The notes under the pieces: model-generated
What the model was told of the DNA's origin: nothing
The model's database searches: none
The model's input: only the letters and a program-made list of their open reading frames with translations
Shown: piece after piece, positions 1 through 9,765 of the stretch
How the letters are laid out: each line of letters starts with the position of its first letter
Position numbering within the stretch: position 1 is the stretch's first letter
Made by a program: the position numbers and the translations under genes
Source of the DNA: Candidatus Wolfebacteria bacterium GW2011_GWA1_44_24
Lineage (GTDB): Bacteria > Patescibacteriota > Minisyncoccia > UBA6257 > UBA9933
Direction: 5' to 3'
Assembly: GCA_001001115.1 (NCBI GenBank)
Contig: LCIO01000001.1
Span: 6,426 to 70,425 of the forward strand
DNA length: 64,000 nt

Positions 1-2
1 TT

Positions 3-125
3 TTTATAATTCTGCTGATTATTTTAATCGGCACCTTGAGTTTCGGGCTTGGTTATTTAACGAATCGCGAATTAAGTAAAAATAACCGCGCGCCGATTAT
101 TATTGAAAAATGCATCGATTTTTAA
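3..125 (+). CDS. 3' end of a window-truncated gene: C-terminal transmembrane helix plus short tail
   Basis: Frame 3 is open from the window edge to TAA at 123-125. It reads FIILLIILIGTLSFGLGYLTNRELSKNNRAPIIIEKCIDF, with one hydrophobic helix. No family recognised. Confidence 0.3.
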   Translation, partial: FIILLIILIGTLSFGLGYLTNRELSKNNRAPIIIEKCIDF

Positions 126-136
126 AAGGTGATTTT

Positions 137-913
137 CTAGAAATACCCAGCTTGCTTCAACCAATAATCATTTTCCCATTCCCAAAGTTTTTTCGCTCCC
201 AAAAACGCCTTGAAATCTTCCTGCCAATAGGGAAATTCCTTTAGTTCAACATTTCCTTTGAGTTCGCTCCATTGATGTTCGCAGTTTTTAGCGGATTCGC
301 TGTAGCCACTGTTTTTATTCCAGGGCAATTTTATTTTTTCCCGGCCGCCCTTGGAACGCAAAGTCGCGCCGCATTTCTGGCAGGTTTTAATTTGGTCAAT
401 CCTTAAAATCCAGCGGGTTTGAATATTCGGAAATTCTTTTTCCAGAGCCGCCGCATAAGCCGAAGTCTGGAGATTGTAATCGCGGTAAATAGCTTGAGAA
501 GTTTTAATGTCCAAAACGCCGAATTTGCCGTCAATCAAAGCCAAAGCGTCCAAAGTGCCGGCGTATTTTTCGTCATAATTAACAACCTGCTTTTCTATCC
601 AGTCGTGGTCGGCTTGGATATTTTTTTCTTCGATAAATTCCAAAAATGCGTTAATTGAAGGAGCGATTGACGGTTCAATAACGGGGGATTGTCCCATTAA
701 AATTTTTTCAACAGTTTCGTGAATCAATGTGCCTTCGCCAGCCGATTGTTTTTTAATCGCTTCGCCTTCCGCAAAATTATTCAATTCCGCATAAAATTTA
801 TAGAGCGCCGGTTTGGCTTTAATTTCAATTATTTTAGTGACGCGCGGATACCAAGCGCCGTCAATTTCATAACCGGCCATTCCTTTGAAATGTTCAAGGG
901 TGGAATAAAACAT
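137..913 (-). CDS. PD-(D/E)XK nuclease, RecB/Cas4/lambda-exonuclease-like, with an inserted Cys-rich ribbon
   Basis: Ordered motifs GTLDALALIDG (Asp), VLDIKTS (D-x-K) and LQTSAYAAAL (QxxxY). CQKCG...CEH insertion. Sits 6 nt downstream of murC in the same operon. Confidence 0.6.
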   Translation of the reverse strand: MFYSTLEHFKGMAGYEIDGAWYPRVTKIIEIKAKPALYKFYAELNNFAEGEAIKKQSAGEGTLIHETVEKILMGQSPVIEPSIAPSINAFLEFIEEKNIQADHDWIEKQVVNYDEKYAGTLDALALIDGKFGVLDIKTSQAIYRDYNLQTSAYAAALEKEFPNIQTRWILRIDQIKTCQKCGATLRSKGGREKIKLPWNKNSGYSESAKNCEHQWSELKGNVELKEFPYWQEDFKAFLGAKKLWEWENDYWLKQAGYF

Positions 914-919
914 TGAAAT

Positions 920-2347
920 TTATTTTATCAGATCATCGGTTAGCTTGTAAATATCGCCAGCGCCCATCATTACAATAATCCCATTTTTAGGTGAATCTGT
1001 TATCAAAGAATTGATTGTTGTTTTTAGGTCTTTAACGAGGCTTTTAGAATAATTGATAGGGAAAACCCCGTTTGGGGTCAAATAGCCCCTAAAAGGCCGT
1101 TTTTTAGCGTTTTTAGCATGTTTTAGATGAGTTTTTATGCTTATAGCAAGTTTTTTCGAAAGTGAAGGAGATTTTGAGATAGCATTTTTTGCGTTGTTTT
1201 GCGACACTTTTTCGCGGCCTTTTACTTTATAAATATCCAAAAGAATCAAATTGTCGGCATCGTCAAAACTTTTAATAAAATCAACAAATAAGGCTTTGAG
1301 CCGTTCTTCCTGGTGGGGTTGGAAAACACAGATGATTTTTGAGCGGGGATATTTTTGCCGAAAAGCCGATAAAGTGGCTTTAATCTCCGTGGGGTGATGG
1401 GCGTAGTCGTCATATACGTCAATTTTCAATTTACAATTTTTAATTTTCAATTGGCCGCGATGTTCCATTCTTCGCCAAGCGCCGCGATATTTGCTCAAAG
1501 CGTTAAAAATTATTTTGTCTTTGATGTCCAATGTTTTTGACAAAGTATAAACCGCTGAAGCGTTGGAAATATTATGTTCGCCGGGAATTTGAATTATTTT
1601 TTTGATTTTTTCATTTTTACCGTACCAATAAGCTTTTAAATCATTTTCGCGCGTGATTTTTTTAATTTTATTTTTCAGACTCAATATTTTTTTGTCTTCT
1701 TTATTGAGAATCAAAATCCCTCCGGGCAGGACATTTTTTATGAATTTCAAAAAAACGTTTTTGATAACGGTTAGATTTTTATAATAGTCCAAGTGTTCGC
1801 GGTCGATATTGGTGATAACGGCGGCGAACGGGGAATAATTCAAAAATGATTTATGGTATTCGTCGGCTTCCAGAACCAGATATCGGCTTTTGCCGTTTCT
1901 GAAATTGTTGTCGCCAAATTCTTTCAGTTTCGTTCCGATAATAACCGTTGGGTCAAAACCGGCTTTGATTAAAACCAAAGACAGCAAAGCCGTGGTAGTG
2001 CTCTTGCCGTGAGCTCCGGAAACGGCAATGGTTTTATATTTTTTAGACAGTTCGCCGAGCGCTTCGGAATATAATTTGACGGGCGCGCCCGATTCCCGGG
2101 CTTTTATGAGCTCCGGGTTGTTTTTTGGAATAGCGGCGCTATGAATAACCAAATCAACTGATTCAGGAAGATTGCGGGAACGATGGCCGATAAAAATCTT
2201 CACACCTTCTTTTTTCAGAGAATTGGTAATCTCGGAAGAAGAAATGTCCGAACCGCTTACTTGATGGCCGGAATTCAAAAACCAGCGGGCTAAAGCGCTG
2301 GTTCCGATGCCACCGATGCCGATAAAGTGAACCTTTGGCTTATTCAT
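920..2347 (-). CDS. murC: UDP-N-acetylmuramate--L-alanine ligase
   Basis: N-terminus VHFIGIGGIGTSALARWF, Mur-ligase P-loop SGAHGKSTTT, DDYAHHPTEI motif. Has a ~30-aa Lys-rich insertion near the C-terminus. Confidence 0.9.
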   Translation of the reverse strand: MNKPKVHFIGIGGIGTSALARWFLNSGHQVSGSDISSSEITNSLKKEGVKIFIGHRSRNLPESVDLVIHSAAIPKNNPELIKARESGAPVKLYSEALGELSKKYKTIAVSGAHGKSTTTALLSLVLIKAGFDPTVIIGTKLKEFGDNNFRNGKSRYLVLEADEYHKSFLNYSPFAAVITNIDREHLDYYKNLTVIKNVFLKFIKNVLPGGILILNKEDKKILSLKNKIKKITRENDLKAYWYGKNEKIKKIIQIPGEHNISNASAVYTLSKTLDIKDKIIFNALSKYRGAWRRMEHRGQLKIKNCKLKIDVYDDYAHHPTEIKATLSAFRQKYPRSKIICVFQPHQEERLKALFVDFIKSFDDADNLILLDIYKVKGREKVSQNNAKNAISKSPSLSKKLAISIKTHLKHAKNAKKRPFRGYLTPNGVFPINYSKSLVKDLKTTINSLITDSPKNGIIVMMGAGDIYKLTDDLIK

Positions 2348-2627
2348 TAAATATAATATATATTACTGTCGTAAAAGCTTTCTTTCGCGACAGATGAGAA
2401 AATTTTCCCCGGCATTATTCAAGTGATAATTTCTATAAATAACTTAATATCAATTTAACCAAATCAATCGTAAATTGCAGGATGACGACGAATATTCCGC
2501 TGAAAATTTTCCAAAATCCCCATCCCAATTTTTCAAATAAAATCGCCAGCTTATTGATCAGCAAAATGGTTAAATTGAACAGCTCTTTTAATTGCGGGAA
2601 AAAATTTTCCATTTTATATTGTTATAT

Positions 2628-4082
2628 TTATGAGAGTTTCGTAATGGCTGTATCCAACCGTTTTAAAGTTTCTTGTTCGCCCAATATTTCCATAATTTCA
2701 AAAGGTCCGGGCGATGCTCTTTTGCCGCTCAGGGCCGCTCTTAACGGCCACAGTAGCTCTCCTCTGCCCCAGACTTCGGTCAACGGCATAATAATTTTTT
2801 CAAGGTTATCTTTATTAAAATTCATTCCGTCAATATTTTCAAGCTCTGTTCTTAATAATTTCAGGTTAGCGGCGATTTTTTCGTTTTCCATTTCCTGCCA
2901 TTTCAAAATACTCGGTTCGTAATCGGGCAATTCAAAAAAGAAGTCCGCCAATTCTTTGAAGTCGGCCAATGTTTTCATTCTTTCTTTTTCCGCTTCAATT
3001 GTTTTAACAAGCAAGTCTTTTTTAGTTTGCCAATTTTCCGGAATGAAATCTTTGATTTTTTCCGCTAATTCCACTGAATCGGTTTTCTTGATGTATTGGG
3101 CGTTGAGCCATTCCAGTTTTTCAATATTAAAAATCGCGCCGGCTTTTTGGATTTTTTTCAAATTAAATTTTTGGATTAATTCCTGGAGATTTAAAATTTC
3201 TTGGTCATCTTCCGGATGCCAACCGAGCAAAGCCAAAAAATTGACAATTGTTTCCGGCAGATAACCATTCAGTCGATAATCGTTCAGCGATGTTTCAAGA
3301 TAGCGTTTTGACAATTTGGAACGGTCCGGCGCCAGAATTAAAGGCAAATGGGCGTATTTTATTTCGTTAAAATTAAACGCTTCTTGGATTAAAATCTGTT
3401 TAGGCGTGTTGGGCAGATGGTCTTCGCCGCGGATAATATGGGTGATTTTCATCTCGAAATCGTCAATCGGAGTCGCAAAATTATAAAGCGGCTCCCTTAA
3501 ATTTTTGGCGATTACTATATCGCCGATCAAAGAAGCGTCGAATTTTATTTTTCCGCGGATTAAATCGTTGAATTCCACTTCTTTCGGCGGCGTTTTGAAA
3601 CGGATGACTGAAGAATCCCCTCTTTCAATTTGCTTCCCGCTTTCTTCTTTCGACAAATTCCGGCATTTACCGCTGTATTTTGGCGACAATCCCTGGCTAA
3701 GCATCGCTTTTCTTTCTTCTTCCAATTCTTCTTTTGAGCAAAAACAATAATAGGCTTTGTTTTCGTCAAGCAATCGGCGCAGGTATTTTTCATAAATATC
3801 AAGCCGTTCCGATTGCCGGTAAGGTCCGTAAGAACCGCCGATATCAGGTCCTTCATCCCAATTCAATTCAAGCCACTTTAATCCTGCGATTATATTTTGC
3901 TCATATTCCGGCTTTGAGCGTTCGGTGTCGGTGTCATCAACGCGTAAAATAAATCGGCCGTTATGCTGTTTGGCAAAAAGCCAGTTGAAAAGCGTTGTTC
4001 GGGCGCTGCCAATATGCAATGGCCCGGTCGGTGAAGGAGCAAAACGGATTCGAATCGGTTTTTTAGAACCGTCGGCGATCAT
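2628..4082 (-). CDS. gltX: glutamyl-tRNA synthetase
   Basis: Class I signature RFAPSPTGPLHIGSARTTLFNW (HIGH) and KLSKR (KMSKS-like). 484 aa. Confidence 0.92.
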   Translation of the reverse strand: MIADGSKKPIRIRFAPSPTGPLHIGSARTTLFNWLFAKQHNGRFILRVDDTDTERSKPEYEQNIIAGLKWLELNWDEGPDIGGSYGPYRQSERLDIYEKYLRRLLDENKAYYCFCSKEELEEERKAMLSQGLSPKYSGKCRNLSKEESGKQIERGDSSVIRFKTPPKEVEFNDLIRGKIKFDASLIGDIVIAKNLREPLYNFATPIDDFEMKITHIIRGEDHLPNTPKQILIQEAFNFNEIKYAHLPLILAPDRSKLSKRYLETSLNDYRLNGYLPETIVNFLALLGWHPEDDQEILNLQELIQKFNLKKIQKAGAIFNIEKLEWLNAQYIKKTDSVELAEKIKDFIPENWQTKKDLLVKTIEAEKERMKTLADFKELADFFFELPDYEPSILKWQEMENEKIAANLKLLRTELENIDGMNFNKDNLEKIIMPLTEVWGRGELLWPLRAALSGKRASPGPFEIMEILGEQETLKRLDTAITKLS

Positions 4083-4102
4083 TAAATTATTTTACCACGA
4101 AA

Positions 4103-5239
4103 TTAGCGAGACACCAAGCTTATTATTTCTTCGGCAATTATTTTTGCCGCTTCCGGCTTAGAGAATCTTTTGGCGGCTTCGGACATTGATTTTGAAATTT
4201 CCGGCTGGCTCAGTATTTTTTTAATTTGAGTTAAAAAAATTGTCGGATGGAGATTTTCTTCTTCAATGACAATGGCGGCGCCAGTTTTGGCATATTCGTA
4301 AGCATTTTTAGATTGATGATTATTAGCCGATTCTTTGAGAGGAATTAGAATGCTTGGCTTGCCGAACGCCGCGATTTCAAAAATCGAACCGCTGCCGGCG
4401 CGAGAAACAATCAAATCAGCGGCCGCAAAAACATCTTTAAGGTTCTTTCCAAAATAAGGAGTGATTTTATAATTTGATTTTGTCTCGGGCGCGGAGTTTT
4501 TAAAAACGAGAGTCAATTCGTTTCCGGCATCTTCAAAATTTTTCGCGCCGGTTTGGTGCAAAATTTGCCAATCCTTCGCCATTTCTTCGGCGATTTCCAT
4601 CATAAAATCGTTGATTTTAACCGCTCCCTGGGAACCGCCGATTATAACAATCAATGGTTTTTCCGGATTAAATCCCAGAACTTTTTTGGCCGTCCCCTGT
4701 TCCAAAACGTCCGATAAAAGCGATTGGCGAACGGGGTTTCCGGCTAAAATGATTTTGGCGCGCGAATTTTCCGGAAAAAATTTTTCGGTCGATTTGAAAG
4801 AAGTTATTATTTTGTCGGCATAACGCTGGGAAAATAAAGTGGTCAGTCCGGGGATTGAATCCGATTCGTGAATGATTACGGGAATGCGGTAAAATCTTGA
4901 CGTCAAAACAATTGCCAGAGAGCCGGGCCCGCCCTTGGAAAACAAAACATCGGGCATAAACCAAAAAATTTTCAAGAGCGCCTGGAAAATACTGATTAAA
5001 AAAAGCGGAATGTCTAAAAAATTTCTGATGTCAAAATAGCGCCGCCATTTAGCGGAAAAAATTTTTGAAACTAAAACGCCGTTTTCATTAAGCAAAAGCC
5101 GATATGTTTCCGGAGCGCCGAAATAACGCAAATCCAGATTAATTTTTTTTTGAACAGCCGAAGATTGTAATTCTTCCGTTACCGCCAGAATCGGATAAAT
5201 ATGGCCGCCGGTGCCGCCGCCGGTGAATAAAATTCTCAT
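4103..5239 (-). CDS. murG: undecaprenyldiphospho-muramoylpentapeptide beta-N-acetylglucosaminyltransferase
   Basis: MRILFTGGGTGGHIYPILAV N-terminus, GGSQGA motif. 4-nt overlap with the ftsW stop. Confidence 0.92.
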   Translation of the reverse strand: MRILFTGGGTGGHIYPILAVTEELQSSAVQKKINLDLRYFGAPETYRLLLNENGVLVSKIFSAKWRRYFDIRNFLDIPLFLISIFQALLKIFWFMPDVLFSKGGPGSLAIVLTSRFYRIPVIIHESDSIPGLTTLFSQRYADKIITSFKSTEKFFPENSRAKIILAGNPVRQSLLSDVLEQGTAKKVLGFNPEKPLIVIIGGSQGAVKINDFMMEIAEEMAKDWQILHQTGAKNFEDAGNELTLVFKNSAPETKSNYKITPYFGKNLKDVFAAADLIVSRAGSGSIFEIAAFGKPSILIPLKESANNHQSKNAYEYAKTGAAIVIEEENLHPTIFLTQIKKILSQPEISKSMSEAAKRFSKPEAAKIIAEEIISLVSR

Positions 5240-6339
5240 TTATTTTTGGATATATTAGCAATAATTCCGGTCATCGTCAAAAAAACCGCGAGCGATGTGC
5301 CTCCGTAGCTGACAAACGGCAAAGGCACGCCGGTTAGAGGAATTATTCCCGAATTGGCCGCGATATGAACGAAAACTTGAAGAGCAATAACAGACGTCAG
5401 GCCGATAGCGGTTAATTTGGCAAATTGGTTTGAAGAATATTTGGCAATTGAAAACCCCCTTATAAATAAAACAATGAAAGTCGCCAGCAAGAACAAAGAG
5501 CCGATAAATCCCAATTCTTCGGCAATAACGGCGAAAATGGAATCGCCGATAGATTCCGGCAGATATTTGTATTTAATTGTAGATTTGCCGAATCCTCGCC
5601 CCAATAGTCCTCCCCCGCCAATGGCGGTAAGCGATTGAGTAAGCTGATAACCGGTGGTTTGATCTTTTTCTTCAGACAAATAAGTCATTATTCTTTGATA
5701 ACGATACGGAGTTAAATAAATAATCGAAGTTATGGCTAAAATTCCAATAAACGCAACGCCGGCGATATAAAGCATTTTGACGCCGCTTAAAAAATAAATA
5801 ATGAAAGCAGCAGACAGAATAATCGCAATAGTGGTGGTTGCCGGCTGTTTAAAGACCAAAAAAGCCACAAAACCGGAGATAATCAGAAACGGCAAAAAAC
5901 CTCCCAGGAAACTTGACTGGCGTTTGGCGGCCCTGTTGCTTAGCCAGGCCGATAAATAAACAATGAAAGAAATTTTCAAAAGTTCAGCGGGCTGGAATGA
6001 TATCGGCCCAAAATTCAACCAGCGGCTTGAACCTTTGTGAGAAGTGCCAAGAGAAGTGAAAACCAAAATAAGGAATATGATGTTAATAATTAAAAGCGGA
6101 ACGGCGATTTTTTTGAGATTTTTATAATGAAAATAATAAGCGAACAGAAAACCGGCGACACCCAAACTCAAACCGAAAAATATCTGGTGTTTGAGATAAA
6201 AATAAGTGTCGTTAAATTTGATTTTCCCCAAATCGGAAGAAGCGCTTGAGAGTATCACTAAGCCGAAAATTGTCAGCAAAATAACGCAGGAGAGAAAAAT
6301 ATAATCGGGGTGGCTGGTTTTTTTGAATATTTTAAACAT
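5236..6339 (-). CDS. ftsW: SEDS-family peptidoglycan polymerase/lipid II flippase FtsW/RodA
   Basis: About 10 TM helices, conserved C-terminal GIIPLTGVPLPFVSYGGTS motif, dcw-cluster position. Confidence 0.88.
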   Translation of the reverse strand: MFKIFKKTSHPDYIFLSCVILLTIFGLVILSSASSDLGKIKFNDTYFYLKHQIFFGLSLGVAGFLFAYYFHYKNLKKIAVPLLIINIIFLILVFTSLGTSHKGSSRWLNFGPISFQPAELLKISFIVYLSAWLSNRAAKRQSSFLGGFLPFLIISGFVAFLVFKQPATTTIAIILSAAFIIYFLSGVKMLYIAGVAFIGILAITSIIYLTPYRYQRIMTYLSEEKDQTTGYQLTQSLTAIGGGGLLGRGFGKSTIKYKYLPESIGDSIFAVIAEELGFIGSLFLLATFIVLFIRGFSIAKYSSNQFAKLTAIGLTSVIALQVFVHIAANSGIIPLTGVPLPFVSYGGTSLAVFLTMTGIIANISKNK

Positions 6340-6347
6340 TTGATAAA

Positions 6348-7814
6348 TTATAAAATTTTCCCCGCAAGCTCATTTTGAAATTTCCCCCTTTTGACCGCTC
6401 TTTTGCCGTTAACGAGAACTTCTTGGATTTCGGCGTCTTTGAAAATCACCAAATCGGCAAAATAGCCCTCTTTTATCTCCCCTCTTCTATCAAGACCAAG
6501 TATTTTACTGGGGAGGCGCGTTAATTTTTTTATAGCTGTTTCAATCGGCAAAATTTTTTCTTTTTCGGCCAATTTAAGAAATTTTTGAAAACTTTTGCAG
6601 GAATCAACTTTGGCGGTCGCTGAAGAGGCGATGAGCGTTTGTTCGCGCGTCAATGTTTCAGTCGCGGTTTTCAAATCAATATCTTTAAAAGAAATTTCAG
6701 CTTTTAATTTCGTGATTTTCATCAATTCCAAGAGCCCTTCTTTGTCGTCAAGATTTCTGTTCAGGGAAAATTCTCTTAATGATTGGCCGATTAAAATGGG
6801 TTGAATGGGAGCGTTGATAATAATCATTTTTTTTGCCTGAAACAAAGGAAAAGATTTTATGATTTTTTTCTTTAGGTCGGCGTTATTGATGTTTTCAAGC
6901 GTCAATTTTTGGTTTGCTTCTTTCATCCAATCCGGCAAATAAGTGCTGATAACATCAATATTTTCTTCGCAAGGGAAAAGATTAAAATAAATGTCGCTCG
7001 AAGCGGAATTTTCCTCAATTAGTTTAACGGCTTGATTATATTCTTTTTCAAGGCCGTTAAATGGCAGAAAATCGTTGATTAAAATCCGGCTGCCGGTTTC
7101 CCGGGCCAAATAAACAAGTTTTTTAACAGAATCTGGTAATTCCTTTTTTTTGTCTTTCAAGTCAACGGTAAAAATTTTTTTGTTTTTTGCCGCTAATTCA
7201 GCTGTTTTTTTCAATTCAAAATAAGAAATTTGAGAAATCAAAGAATCGTTAAGATTAATTGAAATTCCAAGGGCGCCTTCTTGAAGAGCGGATTTTAAAA
7301 TTAAACTCAGAACTTTTGATTCATTCGGCGTTAAATTTCGCGCCGTTGGTTCACCGAGCAAGGCGCGGTGGGCGGTATTATATCCGGCCAAAGAACCGAA
7401 GTTAATTCCCAACGGCCTTTTTTTTATAACATTTAAAAATTCTCCAAAAGAATGCCAATCAACATTGATTTTTTTCGTATCGGCAAAGGAGCGGATTGAC
7501 TGAAGCGAACCGTACAGAAGCGGCGCCAGCGAAATTCCTCCTTGGCCGCCGATAATTGCGGTAACGCCTTGAAGCAAGAATTTTTTTTGAGACGGCTCGG
7601 AAAAAATATCAAGATAACGGTCGGCGCGATTATTAACGTCAATAAAACCGGGCGCGAGATATCTTCCCATGCCGTCGATTGTTTCATCGGCCTGATAATT
7701 TATAGCCGAATCAATCGCGGAAATTATATTATTTTTAACCAAAACATCCGATTTGAACGCCGGTCGGCCCGTGCCGTCAAGAAGCTGGACATTTTTTATC
7801 AAAACAGTCGCCAT
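6348..7814 (-). CDS. amidohydrolase-superfamily protein (D-aminoacylase-like fold) lacking the HxH metal motif
   Basis: N-terminus VLIKNVQLLDGTGRPAFKSDVLVKNNIISAID...YLAPGFIDVNNRAD aligns with D-aminoacylase/dihydroorotase-type N-termini, but NNR replaces HxH. C-terminal YFADLVIFK beta-sandwich motif. Confidence 0.6.
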   Translation of the reverse strand: MATVLIKNVQLLDGTGRPAFKSDVLVKNNIISAIDSAINYQADETIDGMGRYLAPGFIDVNNRADRYLDIFSEPSQKKFLLQGVTAIIGGQGGISLAPLLYGSLQSIRSFADTKKINVDWHSFGEFLNVIKKRPLGINFGSLAGYNTAHRALLGEPTARNLTPNESKVLSLILKSALQEGALGISINLNDSLISQISYFELKKTAELAAKNKKIFTVDLKDKKKELPDSVKKLVYLARETGSRILINDFLPFNGLEKEYNQAVKLIEENSASSDIYFNLFPCEENIDVISTYLPDWMKEANQKLTLENINNADLKKKIIKSFPLFQAKKMIIINAPIQPILIGQSLREFSLNRNLDDKEGLLELMKITKLKAEISFKDIDLKTATETLTREQTLIASSATAKVDSCKSFQKFLKLAEKEKILPIETAIKKLTRLPSKILGLDRRGEIKEGYFADLVIFKDAEIQEVLVNGKRAVKRGKFQNELAGKIL

Positions 7815-7828
7815 ATATAAATTAAGAA

Positions 7829-8866
7829 CTATAAAAATTTACTTAAAAAGAACAATACTATTCCAAGGCCGGCAAAAACCGCGGAAATTATCCAAAAACG
7901 CATCGTGATTTGAGACTCGGGCCAGCCAATGGCTTCAAAGTGATGATGGATAGGCGCGCTTAAAAAGATTTTTCGGCCGAAGATTTTTTTACTGATTAAT
8001 TGAATAATAACCGACAGAGATTCAATAATCAGAATAACGGCGAAAAACGGCAGGAAGAAAGCGGTATTGGTCAACATGGCAATAACGCCCAAAGTGATGC
8101 CTAAAGCCATTGAACCCGTATCGCCCATGAAAAATTTTGCCGGATAAATATTATGCCAAAGAAACGCCAGCAGACTGCCGATAATCACTCCGCTGAAAGC
8201 CGCCAAATCATAACGGCCCAGGGTAAAAGCCACCACGCCCAAAGCGCCGAAAGCAAAAAGCGAAACTCCTCCGAGCAAGCCGTCCAAGCCGTCGGTTTCA
8301 TTTGCCGAAAAAGCCGTGGCGATAATCACAAACATAAAAAAAGGAAAATACCACCAGCCGATTTCAATATTACCGATGAACGGTATAAAAAGAGTCGTCC
8401 AGTCAAGTTTGAAATAAAACCACCAGGCGCCCACTAAGGCAATTAAGGTAAAAATAATCAGTTTGTGGCGGACTTTCAATCCTCCTCCCTTAACGCCGAT
8501 TTTTAAGACCCCCAAAATATCGTCAGCCAACCCTATCAAAGCCGCAAAAAATATGGCGGCTAAGGGTAAATAAGTTTGAGACCGATTGGTGAAATCCAGG
8601 TAATTCCAAAAGCCGTCAAAAAAAACATTCAAAATAAAAAAGATAAACGCCAAAACAAGAGTTGTCCCCCAAATGACTATTCCGCCCATTGTTGGCGTTC
8701 CTTCTTTGTGTTGATGAAGGTTTGTAAAAATCGGCGCGTCTTTCCTGATTTGTTTGCCGGCCTGATATTTAATCAGGATTTTTATCAGAAGAGGCGCGAG
8801 CGCCAGAGCCATTAAAAAAGCCAAGCCGCTCAATATTAAAACGCGAATTGCTTGAAGCGCTATCAT
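7829..8866 (-). CDS. mraY: phospho-N-acetylmuramoyl-pentapeptide transferase
   Basis: Polytopic membrane protein with GLADDILGV, NETDGLDGL and FMGDTGSMALG motifs. Confidence 0.93.
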   Translation of the reverse strand: MIALQAIRVLILSGLAFLMALALAPLLIKILIKYQAGKQIRKDAPIFTNLHQHKEGTPTMGGIVIWGTTLVLAFIFFILNVFFDGFWNYLDFTNRSQTYLPLAAIFFAALIGLADDILGVLKIGVKGGGLKVRHKLIIFTLIALVGAWWFYFKLDWTTLFIPFIGNIEIGWWYFPFFMFVIIATAFSANETDGLDGLLGGVSLFAFGALGVVAFTLGRYDLAAFSGVIIGSLLAFLWHNIYPAKFFMGDTGSMALGITLGVIAMLTNTAFFLPFFAVILIIESLSVIIQLISKKIFGRKIFLSAPIHHHFEAIGWPESQITMRFWIISAVFAGLGIVLFFLSKFL

Positions 8867-9765
8867 TTATTTAAACAATTTAATATTTTCCTCGCTTCTT
8901 CAAAAGCATTTTCCGCTCCCAATATGATTATCGCAACCGGTTTATTGGATATTTTGAACACTGAAATCAAATTTCGGCCGGAAGTTTCAAGATAGCCGGT
9001 TTTGCCGCCTAAAAATTCCGGCTGGCCGGCAAATTCGTTTATATTAGCCAAACTTCTCGATTTTTTTGTTCTTAAATCGAAAATTTCCGTTTCTTTTTGC
9101 CGGCTGATTTCAAAAATCATCGGTTCGTTGCTATAAATATAACTTATCATTTTGAATAAGTCATCAGCGGTTGATTGAGTAAGATAAGAAAAACCGGAGG
9201 AATTAAAAAAAGCGGTTTCGGCCATTGCCAATTCCTGGGCTTTTTGGTTCATTAAGTCGACGAATTCTTCGTTGCCGAACGATTCCGACAAAGCTTCAGC
9301 CGCGTCGTTTGAAGAAACGAGAAGTATGGCTTTAAGCAAGTCGCCGGATTTGAAAATTTCTCCGGAGCGGAATCCGCCGGCTTCGCCGTAAGCGCTCGCC
9401 GCCCCGTCGCTTATTTTTATTTCTTTTTTCAAGCCGATTTTTTCAACGGTTATTATCGAAGTCATCAATTTCGTCAATGAAGCGATGGGCCAGTGATTTT
9501 TTGAATTGAATTCAAAAACAGTTGTTTGGTCGCTATCCAGATATTTTGCCAGCGCGGCTTTGGCGTTGATCGGGTCCGAACAAAAAAAATCGGTCAACGG
9601 AAAATCCATCGGTTTTAAAACGTTTGCCAGATATTCTTCGTTTTCTTGTTTTATCGACTGGACATTGATTGAGGCGTCAAAATTTGTTTGTTTGTTGGCG
9701 TCGACTTTAATAAAAAACAAAGAGATAAAAAGTATAAAAATCAGAAGCAAAGATTGAAATTTCAT
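8863..9765 (-). CDS. D-alanyl-D-alanine carboxypeptidase (S11/PBP5-like)
   Basis: Signal peptide. SxxK (ASLTKLMT), SxN (SSND) and KTG (KTGY) motifs in order. Confidence 0.85.
   Translation of the reverse strand: MKFQSLLLIFILFISLFFIKVDANKQTNFDASINVQSIKQENEEYLANVLKPMDFPLTDFFCSDPINAKAALAKYLDSDQTTVFEFNSKNHWPIASLTKLMTSIITVEKIGLKKEIKISDGAASAYGEAGGFRSGEIFKSGDLLKAILLVSSNDAAEALSESFGNEEFVDLMNQKAQELAMAETAFFNSSGFSYLTQSTADDLFKMISYIYSNEPMIFEISRQKETEIFDLRTKKSRSLANINEFAGQPEFLGGKTGYLETSGRNLISVFKISNKPVAIIILGAENAFEEARKILNCLNK

Noticed and set aside
2348-2627. 280-nt spacer between gltX and murC, examined for a small protein, riboswitch or T-box
   Set aside because: The only ATG-initiated minus-strand ORF is 20 codons (MENFFPQLKELVQFNHFADQ). 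A longer hydrophobic frame has only a TTG start. I saw no conserved riboswitch or T-box motifs. It is probably just the murC promoter and leader.
2482-2922. 146-aa plus-strand ORF, with similar plus-strand ORFs at 2956-3264, 3505-3750, 3734-3952 and 3925-4161
   Set aside because: They lie antisense inside the well-supported gltX gene. Their low-complexity hydrophobic translations have no recognisable motifs, which is typical of shadow ORFs.
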